Assembly: GCF_965657075.1 (NCBI RefSeq)
Contig: NZ_CBFHMV010000001.1
Span: 191,647 to 255,646, forward strand
Length of the DNA: 64,000 bases
From: Flavobacterium sp.
Lineage (GTDB): Bacteria; Bacteroidota; Bacteroidia; Flavobacteriales; Flavobacteriaceae
Reading direction: 5' to 3'
Below the pieces are notes generated by a model. The model saw only the letters and a list, made by a program, of their open reading frames with translations, made no database searches and was not told the DNA's origin. A program made the position numbers and the translations under genes. Shown here in pieces: positions 45,501 to 55,142 of the stretch (within the stretch, counting starts at the first letter, position 1; every line of letters starts with the position of its first letter).

Positions 45501-45937
45501 CGAGTAACAACTTTTTCAAATAAAGCTTCTGGATACGAAACAATTATGGCAGGTTTTTTTCTGGAATTGATTCGGTTTAAAACTTCTGCGCGAAGCAAAA
45601 CATTCGCATTATCCGTTTCATCAATTTGATACGGTCTTCTGTAAGAACCTGGATAAAACAGCACATCATTTGTATTGATAAGCAATTCCAAATCATTCAA
45701 AAAATAAGCAGCTTCTTCTTTATCATTAAAAAGCAAAAGGAAAGGCAAATCCGATTTTTCAAACAAAGCTTGAATTACAAACGAAATGGAAGAACCTAAT
45801 AAACCTTTGGCGTGTATTTTTTGGTTTTGTTGTGCTAACGTTTCGGCAAAAAGACTGATTTTTGCTGAATTTTTATAATAGTTGTTAATAGTAGGTTTCA
45901 AAAAAGAGGTTATTTGTTTTTTTTGTTTTTCAACCAA
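42542..45937 (-). CDS. mfd: Transcription-repair coupling factor Mfd
   Basis: UvrB-homology N-terminus, RNAP-interaction (CarD-like) domain, SF2 helicase motifs (GDVGFGKTEVA, DEEQKFG) and TRG motif. The only in-frame start is TTG at 45937, overlapping the upstream gene by 28 nt, so the start is uncertain. Confidence 0.95.
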   Translation of the reverse strand: MVEKQKKQITSFLKPTINNYYKNSAKISLFAETLAQQNQKIHAKGLLGSSISFVIQALFEKSDLPFLLLFNDKEEAAYFLNDLELLINTNDVLFYPGSYRRPYQIDETDNANVLLRAEVLNRINSRKKPAIIVSYPEALFEKVVTRKELEKNTLKVSVNDKLSIDFINETLFEYNFKRVDFVTEPGEFSVRGGIIDVFSFSNDHPYRIEFFGNEVDSIRSFDVETQLSVEKLKKISVIPNVENKFLDENRETFLNYINEKTVIFTQNTEFICNQLDKLFGKAVEAFGKLSKDIKHTQPEELFVNQEQFLKQAVHFNIVELNNTALFKTTKVFEFHIQPQPSFNKQFDLLLNDINEHHFNGYTNFICCSNSNQITRFQDIFEDLTDENSNGEIPNSKFQGLVLPIYQGFIDEELQLTCYTDHQIFERYHKFNIKSNYSKKQTITLKELTSLQVGDYVTHIDHGIGKFGGLQKIQVEGKTQEAIKIAYADNDIVYVSIHSLHKISKFNGKDGIAPKIYKLGSGAWKALKQKTKARVKHIAFNLIQLYAKRRLEKGFQYAPDSYLQKELESSFIYEDTPDQVTATADVKADMENERPMDRLVCGDVGFGKTEVAIRAAFKAVDNGKQVAVLVPTTILAYQHYRTFSERLKEMPVTVNYLNRFRTAKQKAETIKELAEGKVDIIIGTHQLVNKNVVFKNLGLLIVDEEQKFGVNVKDKLKTIASNVDTLTLTATPIPRTLQFSLMAARDLSVITTPPPNRYPIETNVIRFSEELIRDAISYEIQRNGQVFFINNRIENIKEVAGMIQRLVPDARVGIGHGQMDGKKLEELMLAFMEGEFDVLVATTIIESGLDVPNANTIFINNANNFGLSDLHQMRGRVGRSNKKAFCYFITPPYSMMTSEAQKRINALEQFSELGSGFNIAMKDLEIRGAGDLLGGEQSGFINDIGFDTYQKIMNEAIDELKENEFKDLYEADNDIETKEFVKDILIDADFELLFPDDYINSVSERLALYNELGTLKTEEQLQVFEQKLIDRFGALPKQAIALLNSVRIKWIATRIGLEKLIMKQGKMIGYFISDQQSNFYQSNRFIKVMQFVQHNGNLCKIKEKDTKNGLRLLLTFDNVKSISKALELMQRF

Positions 45938-46542
45938 TAATTTACTGAATCTTGCTGTTTGTTCATTTTTTTCATCATTTCAAATGCGTTGGCACTTCTT
46001 GTGGTGTCTTTGGCTTTTAAAAGATAAGATTCTCCTTCTTCAATTGGAATTTGCTCTTTTAAGATAATTTCTTCCAATTGATTTACTAAAGCAATTATTT
46101 CGGCATTAATTTCTGGTAAAATAGTTTTTATTTTTTTTTCAGGAACGTCAGATAAGTTGATAAAATTATCCAACATTTTAACTTTGGTATTTAATGAAGC
46201 AATTCTACTTTTTACAGCAGGTTTGTTGTATTTAAAAGGAATATTATATTCCAAAGAATCAATTTTTCCAGATAAATTTTTAGTTTTTAATTGAAAAGCT
46301 GTTAAATTGCTTTTAGGTTTTTGTTGCAATTCTATCACAAACTGTTGCCATTCGTTCCAATTTGCAATATCGTTTTTCACTATTGGAGATGGATTAGGAA
46401 TGGTTAAGTTCCAAACCGAATTAATTAAATTATAAGTCTGTTTGTTATTAGCCAAAATCTTTTCATTATCCAAAGTATTATTTTCCTGATTACAAGAAAT
46501 TAAAAACAAAGAACACAATAAAAGAAAAAGTGATTTATGCAT
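45910..46542 (-). CDS. Hypothetical lipoprotein
   Basis: Lipobox LFLISC; 210 aa, mostly helical/charged. No family recognised. Confidence 0.55.
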   Translation of the reverse strand: MHKSLFLLLCSLFLISCNQENNTLDNEKILANNKQTYNLINSVWNLTIPNPSPIVKNDIANWNEWQQFVIELQQKPKSNLTAFQLKTKNLSGKIDSLEYNIPFKYNKPAVKSRIASLNTKVKMLDNFINLSDVPEKKIKTILPEINAEIIALVNQLEEIILKEQIPIEEGESYLLKAKDTTRSANAFEMMKKMNKQQDSVNYWLKNKKNK

Positions 46543-46760
46543 AGCTTTTCATTTGATTGCAAATGTACATAAGTTTAAAAAAATATAAATTACGAATTAT
46601 AATAAGTTAACATATTTATATCAAATATTAACTATTGTAAAATCAATTCATTAAAAACCTAAATTGAAGATAATAAAATCAAATCTTAAAATCGTTTATT
46701 TATTTTATGAATATGACAAAAATTTAAGCTATTTTTTTTAAATCCGATAGGTGAATATAG

Positions 46761-46768
46761 TATATTTG
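46761..46768 (+). promoter_or_regulatory. Candidate -7 promoter box (TAtaTTTG) for tdh
   Basis: Exact TAnnTTTG match ~110 nt upstream of the tdh ATG. No clear -33 TTG. Confidence 0.35.
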
Positions 46769-46879
46769 TGATGCGAAATAACTCATTTTTTAGCAATTCA
46801 ATTTCAGGAAATTACTTTTAAATACAATTGTTCTTTTAGTTAAAAAAACATTAGAACAACTAAAAGAAAAGATACACAT

Positions 46880-47830
46880 ATGAAAACAAAGGTATTAATT
46901 ATTGGTGCTTGTGGGCAAATAGGAACAGAACTTACTAAAAAGCTTCGTGAAATTTATGGAGTAGAAAATGTAGTAGCCTCTGACATTAGAAAATTAAATA
47001 TTGATGTTGTAAATGACGGAATTTTTGAAGTTGTAAATGCTTTAGATTACAATCAAATTGAGCATTTAGTAGAACAATATGAAATAACAGATGTTTATTT
47101 AATGGCAGCTTTGTTGTCTGCAACGGCCGAAAAAAACCCAGCATTTGCTTGGGATTTAAATATGAATTCTCTTTTTCATGTTTTAAATATAGCTAAAGCA
47201 GGTAAAATTAAAAAAATATTTTGGCCTTCAAGTATAGCCGTTTTTGGACCAACAACTCCAAGACAGAATACTCCTCAATATACTATTATGGAACCTTCAA
47301 CAGTTTACGGAATCAGCAAACAATCTGGGGAACGTTGGTGTGAATATTACAGTAAACAGTACGATGTTGATGTAAGAAGTATTCGCTATCCGGGATTAAT
47401 TAGTTGGGTTTCGGAACCAGGTGGTGGAACTACAGATTATGCTGTTGAAATTTATCACAAAGCCATTACAGAAGGAAAATATACCAGTTTTTTGACTGAA
47501 GATTCAGCACTTCCAATGATGTATATGGATGATGCTATTAAAGCTACGGTTCAAATAATGCAAGCACCTCAAGATCAAATTAAAATCCGCTCGTCTTATA
47601 ATTTAAGCGCAATGAGTTTTACACCAAAAGAAATTGCCTTAGAAATTAAGAAACATTTTCCTGATTTTGAAATGAGTTATGAGCCAGATTTCAGACAAAA
47701 AATTGCAAACAGTTGGCCAGCAAGTATAGACGATTCTTCTGCTCGCGAAGATTGGAATTGGAAAAATGATTTCAATTTAGAAAACATGACTGTTGAAATG
47801 ATAGAAAACTTGAAGAAATACAAATATTAG
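46880..47830 (+). CDS. tdh: NAD-dependent L-threonine 3-dehydrogenase (SDR/epimerase-type)
   Basis: GACGQIG Rossmann motif and YGISK catalytic YxxxK. Overall resembles UDP-glucose-4-epimerase-like TDHs. Confidence 0.8.
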   Translation: MKTKVLIIGACGQIGTELTKKLREIYGVENVVASDIRKLNIDVVNDGIFEVVNALDYNQIEHLVEQYEITDVYLMAALLSATAEKNPAFAWDLNMNSLFHVLNIAKAGKIKKIFWPSSIAVFGPTTPRQNTPQYTIMEPSTVYGISKQSGERWCEYYSKQYDVDVRSIRYPGLISWVSEPGGGTTDYAVEIYHKAITEGKYTSFLTEDSALPMMYMDDAIKATVQIMQAPQDQIKIRSSYNLSAMSFTPKEIALEIKKHFPDFEMSYEPDFRQKIANSWPASIDDSSAREDWNWKNDFNLENMTVEMIENLKKYKY

Positions 47831-47925
47831 AAATACATACGTATATCAAAAACACAAGTAAAGGTTGTTTATAAATTTATTTTAATAGAATTGAATATAC
47901 AAAAGGCAAACTTAACTAGTTGAAA

Positions 47926-48423
47926 TTATTTTGTTTTTTCTTCAATAATTTTTTCTTCAATGAATGTTTTTATTTTAATGACTTCATTTGAATTTTCATT
48001 TGGAACAGTCATTGAAAGCACATAATGTTTTATTTTCCATTGATTATTTTCTTTAATCAACGTACCAGAACCTCTACAAATTTTCATTTGAGTGTTTAGT
48101 AATTCATCAAACCAAGCCGTTTTTCCATTTTCTGAAAAATAAACATTTCGTTCCAATGAAGTAAAATTCCATGCTTTTCCTTTATCAAAAAAAGGTTTTG
48201 CAAAAGCCATAAATTCTTTTTTGTTCCAATTTTCAGTGGCATCTGTACCTATAAATACAGATTCTTTAGCCATAGCATTAAAATAATTTTCAAAGTTGGT
48301 GTTAGAAGCGTCTTTATGCCAATTGTCAAGAATATTGTTTATAATTATATTTTCACTGCCTAAATCTTTAGTCGATTTACAACTAGTTAAAGCAATAAAC
48401 GCTAAAAAGAATATTTTTTTCAT
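47926..48423 (-). CDS. NTF2-like (SnoaL/DUF4440-type) lipoprotein
   Basis: Lipobox ALTSC and an NTF2-fold-like sequence pattern. The assignment is from memory. Confidence 0.55.
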   Translation of the reverse strand: MKKIFFLAFIALTSCKSTKDLGSENIIINNILDNWHKDASNTNFENYFNAMAKESVFIGTDATENWNKKEFMAFAKPFFDKGKAWNFTSLERNVYFSENGKTAWFDELLNTQMKICRGSGTLIKENNQWKIKHYVLSMTVPNENSNEVIKIKTFIEEKIIEEKTK

Positions 48424-48464
48424 CAGAATAAGTTTTTATAAAAGTATAAAATCTTATTTGTGTT

Positions 48465-49796
48465 TTAAAATTTTTCTCCATGTTGTGAAACATCTAAACC
48501 TAATTTTTCAGATTCTTCTGTGACTCTTAACGGAATTATCAAATCTGTAAATTTGAATAATAAATAAGCACCTCCAAATGTAAAAATTGCAACAAGAACT
48601 AAAGCCATCATATGATGTCCAAAAACAGACCAACCACCATGAAGCAAGCTGGCGTTTTCACCTTGAGCAAAAATAGCGGTTAAAATCATACCCATAATTC
48701 CACCTACACCATGACATGCAAAAACATCTAATGTATCATCGATTTGTTTAAGCTTTTTCCAATACACCATTTTATTTGATACAATGGCACCAATAAATCC
48801 AAAGAAAATACTTTGAGGAATTGTAATAAAACCTGCTGCAGGAGTAATCACAACTAAACCAACAACGGCTCCAATACAAGCTCCTAATGCAGAAACTTTT
48901 CTTCCATTTATTCTGTCAAAGAAAACCCAAGTCATCATTGCAGATGCTGAAGCAATTGTAGTGGTTGCAAATGCCATTGCAGCTGTTGCATTAGCCGCTA
49001 AAGCAGAACCCGCATTAAATCCAAACCATCCAAACCAAAGTAATCCAGTTCCTAAAAGAACAAAAGGAATATTTGTAGGTATATGTTCGTTGTTTTTTCT
49101 TTTACCTAGAACAATTACACCCGCAAGAGCTGCAAAACCAGCACTCATATGCACAACAGTTCCACCAGCAAAATCTTTAACACCAAAATAGCCGCACAAT
49201 AAACCGTTTGGATGCCAAATCATGTGGCACAAAGGTGCATAAATCATCAAAGTAAATAAACTTATAAAAAGTAAAAAAGAAATAAATCGAATGCGTTCAG
49301 CCAATGCTCCAGTTATAATTGCAGGTGTAATTACAGCAAATTTCATTTGAAACAAGGCAAAAAGGATAAAAGGTATGCTTGTTCCCAATGATTTATGAGG
49401 AAGCATTTCAACTTGATCAAAAAAAGTAAAATCCAATGGGTTTCCAATTATTCCGTAGTAAGTACCATTCAAAGTAATTCCAATAGAATCTCCAAAAGAC
49501 AAACTGAAACCAACAGTTACCCAAATTAGACTCACAACTCCTAGGCATATAAAACTTTTTAACATGGTTGATATTACATTTTTTTTACCAACCATTCCTC
49601 CGTAAAAAAAGGATAATCCAGGTGTCATTAATAAAACCAAACAAGAAGCGGTTAATAACCAAGCAATGTCGGCAAAGTTAAGTTCAGAGACATTGTTAAA
49701 ATTCACTTCAGGACTTTGATGTTTCCAAAACAAACTAGTAATGGCTACCAAGCTAATTATAACAAATGATGAAATCCATCTTTTTTCTATTTTCAT
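48465..49796 (-). CDS. amt: Ammonium transporter (Amt family)
   Basis: 11-12 TM protein with Amt signatures (DFAGGTVVHM, GVGGIMG, twin-His context). No adjacent P-II gene. Confidence 0.93.
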   Translation of the reverse strand: MKIEKRWISSFVIISLVAITSLFWKHQSPEVNFNNVSELNFADIAWLLTASCLVLLMTPGLSFFYGGMVGKKNVISTMLKSFICLGVVSLIWVTVGFSLSFGDSIGITLNGTYYGIIGNPLDFTFFDQVEMLPHKSLGTSIPFILFALFQMKFAVITPAIITGALAERIRFISFLLFISLFTLMIYAPLCHMIWHPNGLLCGYFGVKDFAGGTVVHMSAGFAALAGVIVLGKRKNNEHIPTNIPFVLLGTGLLWFGWFGFNAGSALAANATAAMAFATTTIASASAMMTWVFFDRINGRKVSALGACIGAVVGLVVITPAAGFITIPQSIFFGFIGAIVSNKMVYWKKLKQIDDTLDVFACHGVGGIMGMILTAIFAQGENASLLHGGWSVFGHHMMALVLVAIFTFGGAYLLFKFTDLIIPLRVTEESEKLGLDVSQHGEKF

Positions 49797-50027
49797 GTAT
49801 TGAATTTTTATAGGGGTAAAAGTATAAAAAAATGATTTAAATAAAAATACACCTTAAATAATTTAGGGTATAATATTTAATTTTTATATTTTAATTACAT
49901 AAACCCTTCTTTTTTGAATTAATATTTAAATTTAATGTATAATTAATTTTAATTATTTAATAATGTTTTTTCAATTGAATTTTAATTTAAATTCGCATGT
50001 TATTTGTACTTTCAGATAACTAACATA

Positions 50028-50627
50028 ATGGAGGCAAGTTTTGAAGAATTAATCTCAAGTTTTATTGAAAATAAAGTAGGAATTTCAAAGGATTTTTTGA
50101 GTGAAGCTTTAGCTAATAATTTAAAAAATAATTTATTAAACTTATATAAAGAAGAAGAACTAAAATCTGCCGGAATCGGACATTTCGGTTCATTCACAAA
50201 AAACAAAGAAATTAGAAGTGACGTAATTTATTGGTTGGATAAAAAAAACAATAATCCTCATGAAATGGAATTTTTTGCCCTTATTGAAGAATTTATTGCC
50301 TACTTAAATAAGGAATGTTTTACGGGAATAAGAAGTTATGAATTTCATTATGCACTTTATAAACCTGGAGCATTTTATAAAAAACATTTTGATCAATTTC
50401 AAGACACCAATAACCGTCAATTTTCTATGATAACTTATTTAAATCTTGATTGGGATGAATGTGATGGTGGTGAATTAAAGATTTATGATGAAGATAAAAC
50501 ACAAATTATTAGTCCAACCAACAGAAAAACAGTTTTTTTTAAAAGTAACGAATTAGAACACGAAGTGCTTGTTACCAATAAGTTAAGGTTAAGTATTACA
50601 GGTTGGCTAAGAAAAGATTTAATCTAA
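50028..50627 (+). CDS. 2OG-Fe(II) oxygenase (prolyl 4-hydroxylase-like)
   Basis: HxD...H facial-triad context (KKHFDQF ... LEHEV) and a C-terminal R..ITGW. ATG 50028 is preferred. Confidence 0.75.
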   Translation: MEASFEELISSFIENKVGISKDFLSEALANNLKNNLLNLYKEEELKSAGIGHFGSFTKNKEIRSDVIYWLDKKNNNPHEMEFFALIEEFIAYLNKECFTGIRSYEFHYALYKPGAFYKKHFDQFQDTNNRQFSMITYLNLDWDECDGGELKIYDEDKTQIISPTNRKTVFFKSNELEHEVLVTNKLRLSITGWLRKDLI

Positions 50628-50652
50628 ACATATGTTAAATTTAATAAAGAAG

Positions 50653-50684
50653 TTGTTTTTTAATCCAATTACCAACTACATTTG
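50653..50684 (+). promoter_or_regulatory. Candidate his operon promoter (TTG-N21-TAcaTTTG)
   Basis: TTG at 50653-50655 and TAcaTTTG at 50677-50684, ending 19 nt upstream of the leader ATG. Confidence 0.5.
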
Positions 50685-50703
50685 TACCATAAAAAAATAA
50701 AAA

Positions 50704-50760
50704 ATGAATTATTCAATAGCACAATTCCATCATCATCATACTTGTTTCAAGGCGAGTTAG
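50704..50760 (+). CDS. hisL: his operon leader peptide (18 aa, four consecutive His codons)
   Basis: atg aat tat tca ata gca caa ttc CAT CAT CAT CAT act tgt ttc aag gcg agt tag. Lies between the promoter and a terminator directly upstream of hisG. Confidence 0.75.
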   Translation: MNYSIAQFHHHHTCFKAS

Positions 50761-50788
50761 TGATGTATTGTATCTATTAAAACATAAC

Positions 50789-50830
50789 AAAAACCCGTCT
50801 GAGTATATCAAGACGGGTTTTTTATTTTTA
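50789..50830 (+). terminator. his attenuator terminator
   Basis: aaacccgtct-gagtatatca-agacgggttt followed by ttttttattttt, 43 nt upstream of the hisG ATG. Confidence 0.8.
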
Positions 50831-50872
50831 TTCCTTTCTCTTTTATACTCAGATTTTATCTAAAATAAAAAA

Positions 50873-51730
50873 ATGAGTACTTTAAAAATTGCCATTCAAA
50901 AAAGTGGTCGACTTAGTGAAAAATCACTACAATTATTAGAATCGTGTGGAATTAAAATTTCTAATGGAGATCGAAAATTAAAAGCTATTGCAAGCAATTT
51001 TCCTGTTGAAATTTTATACTTAAGAGACGATGATATTCCGCAATATGTAGAACAAGGTGTTGCCGATATTGGTATTTTAGGCGAAAATGAAGTTTGGGAA
51101 AAAGATAAAAATGTTGCAAATATTACACAACTTGGATTTGCATCATGCAAACTTTCTTTAGCTGTTCCAAAAGATGAGATTTATACGGATTTGACTTTTT
51201 TTCAAAACAAAAGAATTGCTACAAGTTATCCTAAAATTTTAACTCAGTTTTTTGTGTCTAAAAACATCAACGTCATTATTGAAGAAATTAGCGGCAGCGT
51301 TGAGATAGCAACAGGAATTGGTTTGGCTGATGCCATTTTTGACATTGTAAGTACAGGAAGCACTTTATTAATGAACGGTTTAAAAGAAGTTGAAATTGTT
51401 ACCAACAGTCAAGCAGTTTTAATTGCAAATCAAAATCTCACGATTGAAAAACAAGAAATCTTAAATAAATTATTGTTCAGAATTGATTCTTACAGAAATG
51501 CAAAAGAAAACAAATACATTCTATTAAACGCTCCTAACGAATCCATTACCGAAATATGTAAAGTTTTACCAGGAATAAAATCACCTACAATTCTTCCTTT
51601 AGTAGAACAAGGTTGGAGCAGTCTACATTCGGTTGTCAAAGAAGATGATTATTGGGATGTTGTAGATCAATTAAAAATGTTAGGTGCAGAAGGAATATTA
51701 ATTATTCCTATTGAAAAAATGATTAAATAA
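50873..51730 (+). CDS. hisG: ATP phosphoribosyltransferase (long form)
   Basis: Full-length HisG similarity, including the C-terminal regulatory domain; 285 aa. Confidence 0.95.
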   Translation: MSTLKIAIQKSGRLSEKSLQLLESCGIKISNGDRKLKAIASNFPVEILYLRDDDIPQYVEQGVADIGILGENEVWEKDKNVANITQLGFASCKLSLAVPKDEIYTDLTFFQNKRIATSYPKILTQFFVSKNINVIIEEISGSVEIATGIGLADAIFDIVSTGSTLLMNGLKEVEIVTNSQAVLIANQNLTIEKQEILNKLLFRIDSYRNAKENKYILLNAPNESITEICKVLPGIKSPTILPLVEQGWSSLHSVVKEDDYWDVVDQLKMLGAEGILIIPIEKMIK

Positions 51731-51739
51731 GATATAAAC

Positions 51740-53038
51740 ATGAAAATACTATTAAATCCACAAAAAGAAGTTTGGTCAAAATTATCGGAACGAAATGCAG
51801 TTTCAGGAATCGACCTAAATCAAACCGTTCAAGATATTTTTAAAGATATTGAAAAAAATGGTGATTTTGCCATTGAAAAATACACGCAATTATTTGATGG
51901 TGTGGCTTTAAATCAATTTAAAGTTTCATCTCAAGAAATTGAAGACGCTAACAATTTAGTCGATGAAAATTTAAAAAATGCCATCCAAAAAGCAAGTGCT
52001 TCAATTGAAAAATTTCATGCTTCTCAAAAAGAAATCATAAATCCAATTGAAACCTTAAAAGGAGTAACTTGTTGGAGAGAAAGTAAAGCAATTGAAACCA
52101 TTGGAATTTACATTCCTGGAGGAACAGCACCTTTGTTTTCAACTGTTTTGATGCTTGGAATTCCGGCTAAAATTGCAGGTTGTAAAGAAATTGTTTTGTG
52201 TTCGCCGCCAGATAAAAACGGAACTATAAATCCAGCCATTTTATACGCAGCTCAACTAACTGGAATAACACAAGTTTATAAAATTGGAGGCATACAAGCT
52301 GTTGCTTCACTTACTTATGGTACTGCAACTGTTCCTAAAGTATTAAAAATATTTGGACCAGGAAATCAATATGTTACTGCAGCCAAACTATATGCACAAC
52401 AACTTGGAGTTGCTATAGATATGCCAGCAGGTCCAAGTGAACTTTTAGTCATTGCTGATGCAACTTGTGATGCAGATTTTGTAGCTTCAGATTTACTTTC
52501 GCAAGCAGAACACGGAGCAGATAGTCAAGTGGTATTTGTTACAAACTCAGAAGAAATAGCAGAAAAAGTCTTACTTGCAGTAGCAAATCAAAAGGAATCT
52601 TTACCAAGAAAAGAATTGGTCGAAAAAGCGTTATTAAACAGTAAAATTTTAGTTTTTGAAACTATAATAAAAGGGATAGAATTTAGTAATTATTATGCAC
52701 CAGAACATTTAATAGTAGCTTTTTCAGATGCCGAAAATCAATTAGACACAATAGAAAATGCTGGTTCTGTTTTTATAGGAAATTATAGTTGTGAAAGTGC
52801 TGGTGATTATGCAAGTGGTACCAATCATACCTTACCTACAAATGGTTTTGCTAAAAATTATAGTGGTGTTTCTTTAGATAGTTTTGTCAAAAAAATTACG
52901 TTCCAAAAAATCACAGCACAAGGCATTCAATATTTAGGACCAACTATTGAAATTATGGCTGAGGCAGAACAATTAATGGCTCACAAAAATGCAGTTTCTA
53001 TTCGATTAAAAAAATTACAAGATGCAAACAATAACTAA
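51740..53038 (+). CDS. hisD: Histidinol dehydrogenase
   Basis: HisD signatures (GPGNQYVTAAK, QAEHG, DYASGTNHTLPT). Confidence 0.97.
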   Translation: MKILLNPQKEVWSKLSERNAVSGIDLNQTVQDIFKDIEKNGDFAIEKYTQLFDGVALNQFKVSSQEIEDANNLVDENLKNAIQKASASIEKFHASQKEIINPIETLKGVTCWRESKAIETIGIYIPGGTAPLFSTVLMLGIPAKIAGCKEIVLCSPPDKNGTINPAILYAAQLTGITQVYKIGGIQAVASLTYGTATVPKVLKIFGPGNQYVTAAKLYAQQLGVAIDMPAGPSELLVIADATCDADFVASDLLSQAEHGADSQVVFVTNSEEIAEKVLLAVANQKESLPRKELVEKALLNSKILVFETIIKGIEFSNYYAPEHLIVAFSDAENQLDTIENAGSVFIGNYSCESAGDYASGTNHTLPTNGFAKNYSGVSLDSFVKKITFQKITAQGIQYLGPTIEIMAEAEQLMAHKNAVSIRLKKLQDANNN

Positions 53039-54047
53039 TTTGATAAGAAAAAATATTCAAAACATGCAACCCTATTCAAGTGCTAGAGATGAATATGAAG
53101 GAAAGGAAGGTATATTTTTGGATGCCAACGAAAATCCGTTTGGAAGTTTGAACCGTTATCCAGATTCAAATCCTTGGAGATTAAAACAAATTTTATCGAG
53201 TCAAAAAAAGGTAAAATCCTCTGAAATTTTAATAGGAAATGGTAGTGATGAAATTATCGACTTGGTTCAGCGTGTTTTTTGCGAACCTAAAGAAGATGCA
53301 ATTATAGTTTGTCCACCAACTTATGGTATGTATGAAGTTTACGCTGCTGTAAACAATTTAGAAGTTATTAAAATCAATTTAACTACTGATTATCAATTGA
53401 ATTTGGACGCAATTTTAGACCAAAAGGCGAAAATGATTTATGTATGTTCGCCCAACAATCCAACAGGAAATGTGTTAGAAAATATAGAATCGATTTTACA
53501 AAATTTTAAAGGAATTGTATTTGTTGATGAAGCTTATATTGAGTTTAGTAATGTTCCTTCATTAGTTGGAAAAATCAATCAATATCCAAATCTAATTGTT
53601 TCTCAAACGTTTAGTAAAGCTAGAGGATTAGCCGCTGCGAGAATAGGTATTGCGTATGCCAATGAAATAATAATTGAAGCCTTAGAAAAAATTAAACCAC
53701 CTTATAATATCAGTCAATTAAACCAAGATGCTGCCGTTTTGTCTTTGGCTAATGCAGATGCTTTAAAAACAAATATTGCTGTATTAATTCAAGAAAGAGA
53801 AAAGCTTGAGAATAATTTGGTGTCATTAGATTTTGTTACAAAAGTATATCCTTCACAAGCTAATTTTATATTAGTGGAAATGAAAAATGCTACAAAAATT
53901 TTCAACCAACTTATTGAACAACAAATCATTACTAGAAATAGGACTTCGGTAGTTAAAAATTGTATCAGAATCACCGTTGGAACGCCAAAAGAAAACGAAC
54001 AACTCCTTTATGCTTTGCAATTGATGCAAGAAGAAATTAAAATTTAA
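53022..54047 (+). CDS. hisC: Histidinol-phosphate aminotransferase
   Basis: Class II aminotransferase with PLP-Lys context (SQTFSKARGLAAARIG). Overlaps hisD by 17 nt. Confidence 0.93.
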   Translation: MQTITNLIRKNIQNMQPYSSARDEYEGKEGIFLDANENPFGSLNRYPDSNPWRLKQILSSQKKVKSSEILIGNGSDEIIDLVQRVFCEPKEDAIIVCPPTYGMYEVYAAVNNLEVIKINLTTDYQLNLDAILDQKAKMIYVCSPNNPTGNVLENIESILQNFKGIVFVDEAYIEFSNVPSLVGKINQYPNLIVSQTFSKARGLAAARIGIAYANEIIIEALEKIKPPYNISQLNQDAAVLSLANADALKTNIAVLIQEREKLENNLVSLDFVTKVYPSQANFILVEMKNATKIFNQLIEQQIITRNRTSVVKNCIRITVGTPKENEQLLYALQLMQEEIKI

Positions 54048-54050
54048 AAA

Positions 54051-55142
54051 ATGAAAAAAGTATTATTCATAGATAGAGATGGAACTTTGGTTATTGAACC
54101 ACCTGTTGATTTTCAGCTAGATAGTTTAGAAAAATTAGAGTTTTATCCAAAAGTATTTCAAAATTTAGCTAAAATTGCAACAGAATTAGATTACGAATTA
54201 GTAATGGTAACCAATCAAGATGGATTAGGAACTGCTTCTTTTCCTGAAGAAACGTTTTGGCCTTCACAAAATAAAATCATCAAAGCTTTTGAAAATGAAG
54301 GTGTCTTTTTTTCTGAAATTTTGATTGATGCATCGTTTCCTGAACAAAATTCAACAAATAGAAAGCCCGAAATTGGGATGTTAAAACATTACATAAAAGG
54401 AAATTACGATTTAGAAAATTCTTTTGTAATTGGTGATAGAATTTCAGATGTACAATTGGCTAAAAATTTAGGTTCAAAAGCCATTTATTTATCTGAAAAC
54501 CCTGAAGAATTAGCTGTTTTAACAACAACTTCTTGGAATGAAATTTATCAGTTTTTAGCCAAACAACCTCGAACAGCTTCTGTAATTAGAAATACCAACG
54601 AAACAAAAATTGCCGTAGCAATCAATTTAGATGGTTCAGGAAAAAGTAGCATTAGAACTGGTTTAGGTTTTTTTGATCACATGTTGGAACAAATTTCAAA
54701 ACACGGATCAATGGATTTGGACATCCATGTAAAAGGAGATTTATATGTGGATGAACACCATACTATTGAAGATGTGGGAATTGCTTTAGGTCAAGTTTTT
54801 GCCAAAGCATTAGGTTCCAAAAAAGGAATTGAACGTTATGGTTTCGTTTTGCCAATGGATGATTGTTTGGCGCAAATTGCTCTTGATTTTGGTGGTCGTT
54901 CTTGGCTGGTTTGGAAAGCCGATTTTAAAAGAGAAAAAATTGGAGAAATGCCTACCGAAATGTTCTCTCACTTTTTCAAATCGTTTACTGATGGTGCACA
55001 ATGCAATTTAAACATCAAATGCAAAGGCGATAATGAACACCACAAAATTGAATCCATCTTTAAAGCTTTTGCAAGGGTTTTAAAAATAGCAGTAAAAAAA
55101 GACGGAACAGCAACCATACCAAGTACTAAAGGAATATTATGA
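54051..55142 (+). CDS. hisB: Bifunctional histidinol-phosphatase / imidazoleglycerol-phosphate dehydratase
   Basis: N-terminal HAD phosphatase (FIDRDGTL) fused to IGPD ([27 protein letters not shown]). Confidence 0.96.
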   Translation: MKKVLFIDRDGTLVIEPPVDFQLDSLEKLEFYPKVFQNLAKIATELDYELVMVTNQDGLGTASFPEETFWPSQNKIIKAFENEGVFFSEILIDASFPEQNSTNRKPEIGMLKHYIKGNYDLENSFVIGDRISDVQLAKNLGSKAIYLSENPEELAVLTTTSWNEIYQFLAKQPRTASVIRNTNETKIAVAINLDGSGKSSIRTGLGFFDHMLEQISKHGSMDLDIHVKGDLYVDEHHTIEDVGIALGQVFAKALGSKKGIERYGFVLPMDDCLAQIALDFGGRSWLVWKADFKREKIGEMPTEMFSHFFKSFTDGAQCNLNIKCKGDNEHHKIESIFKAFARVLKIAVKKDGTATIPSTKGIL

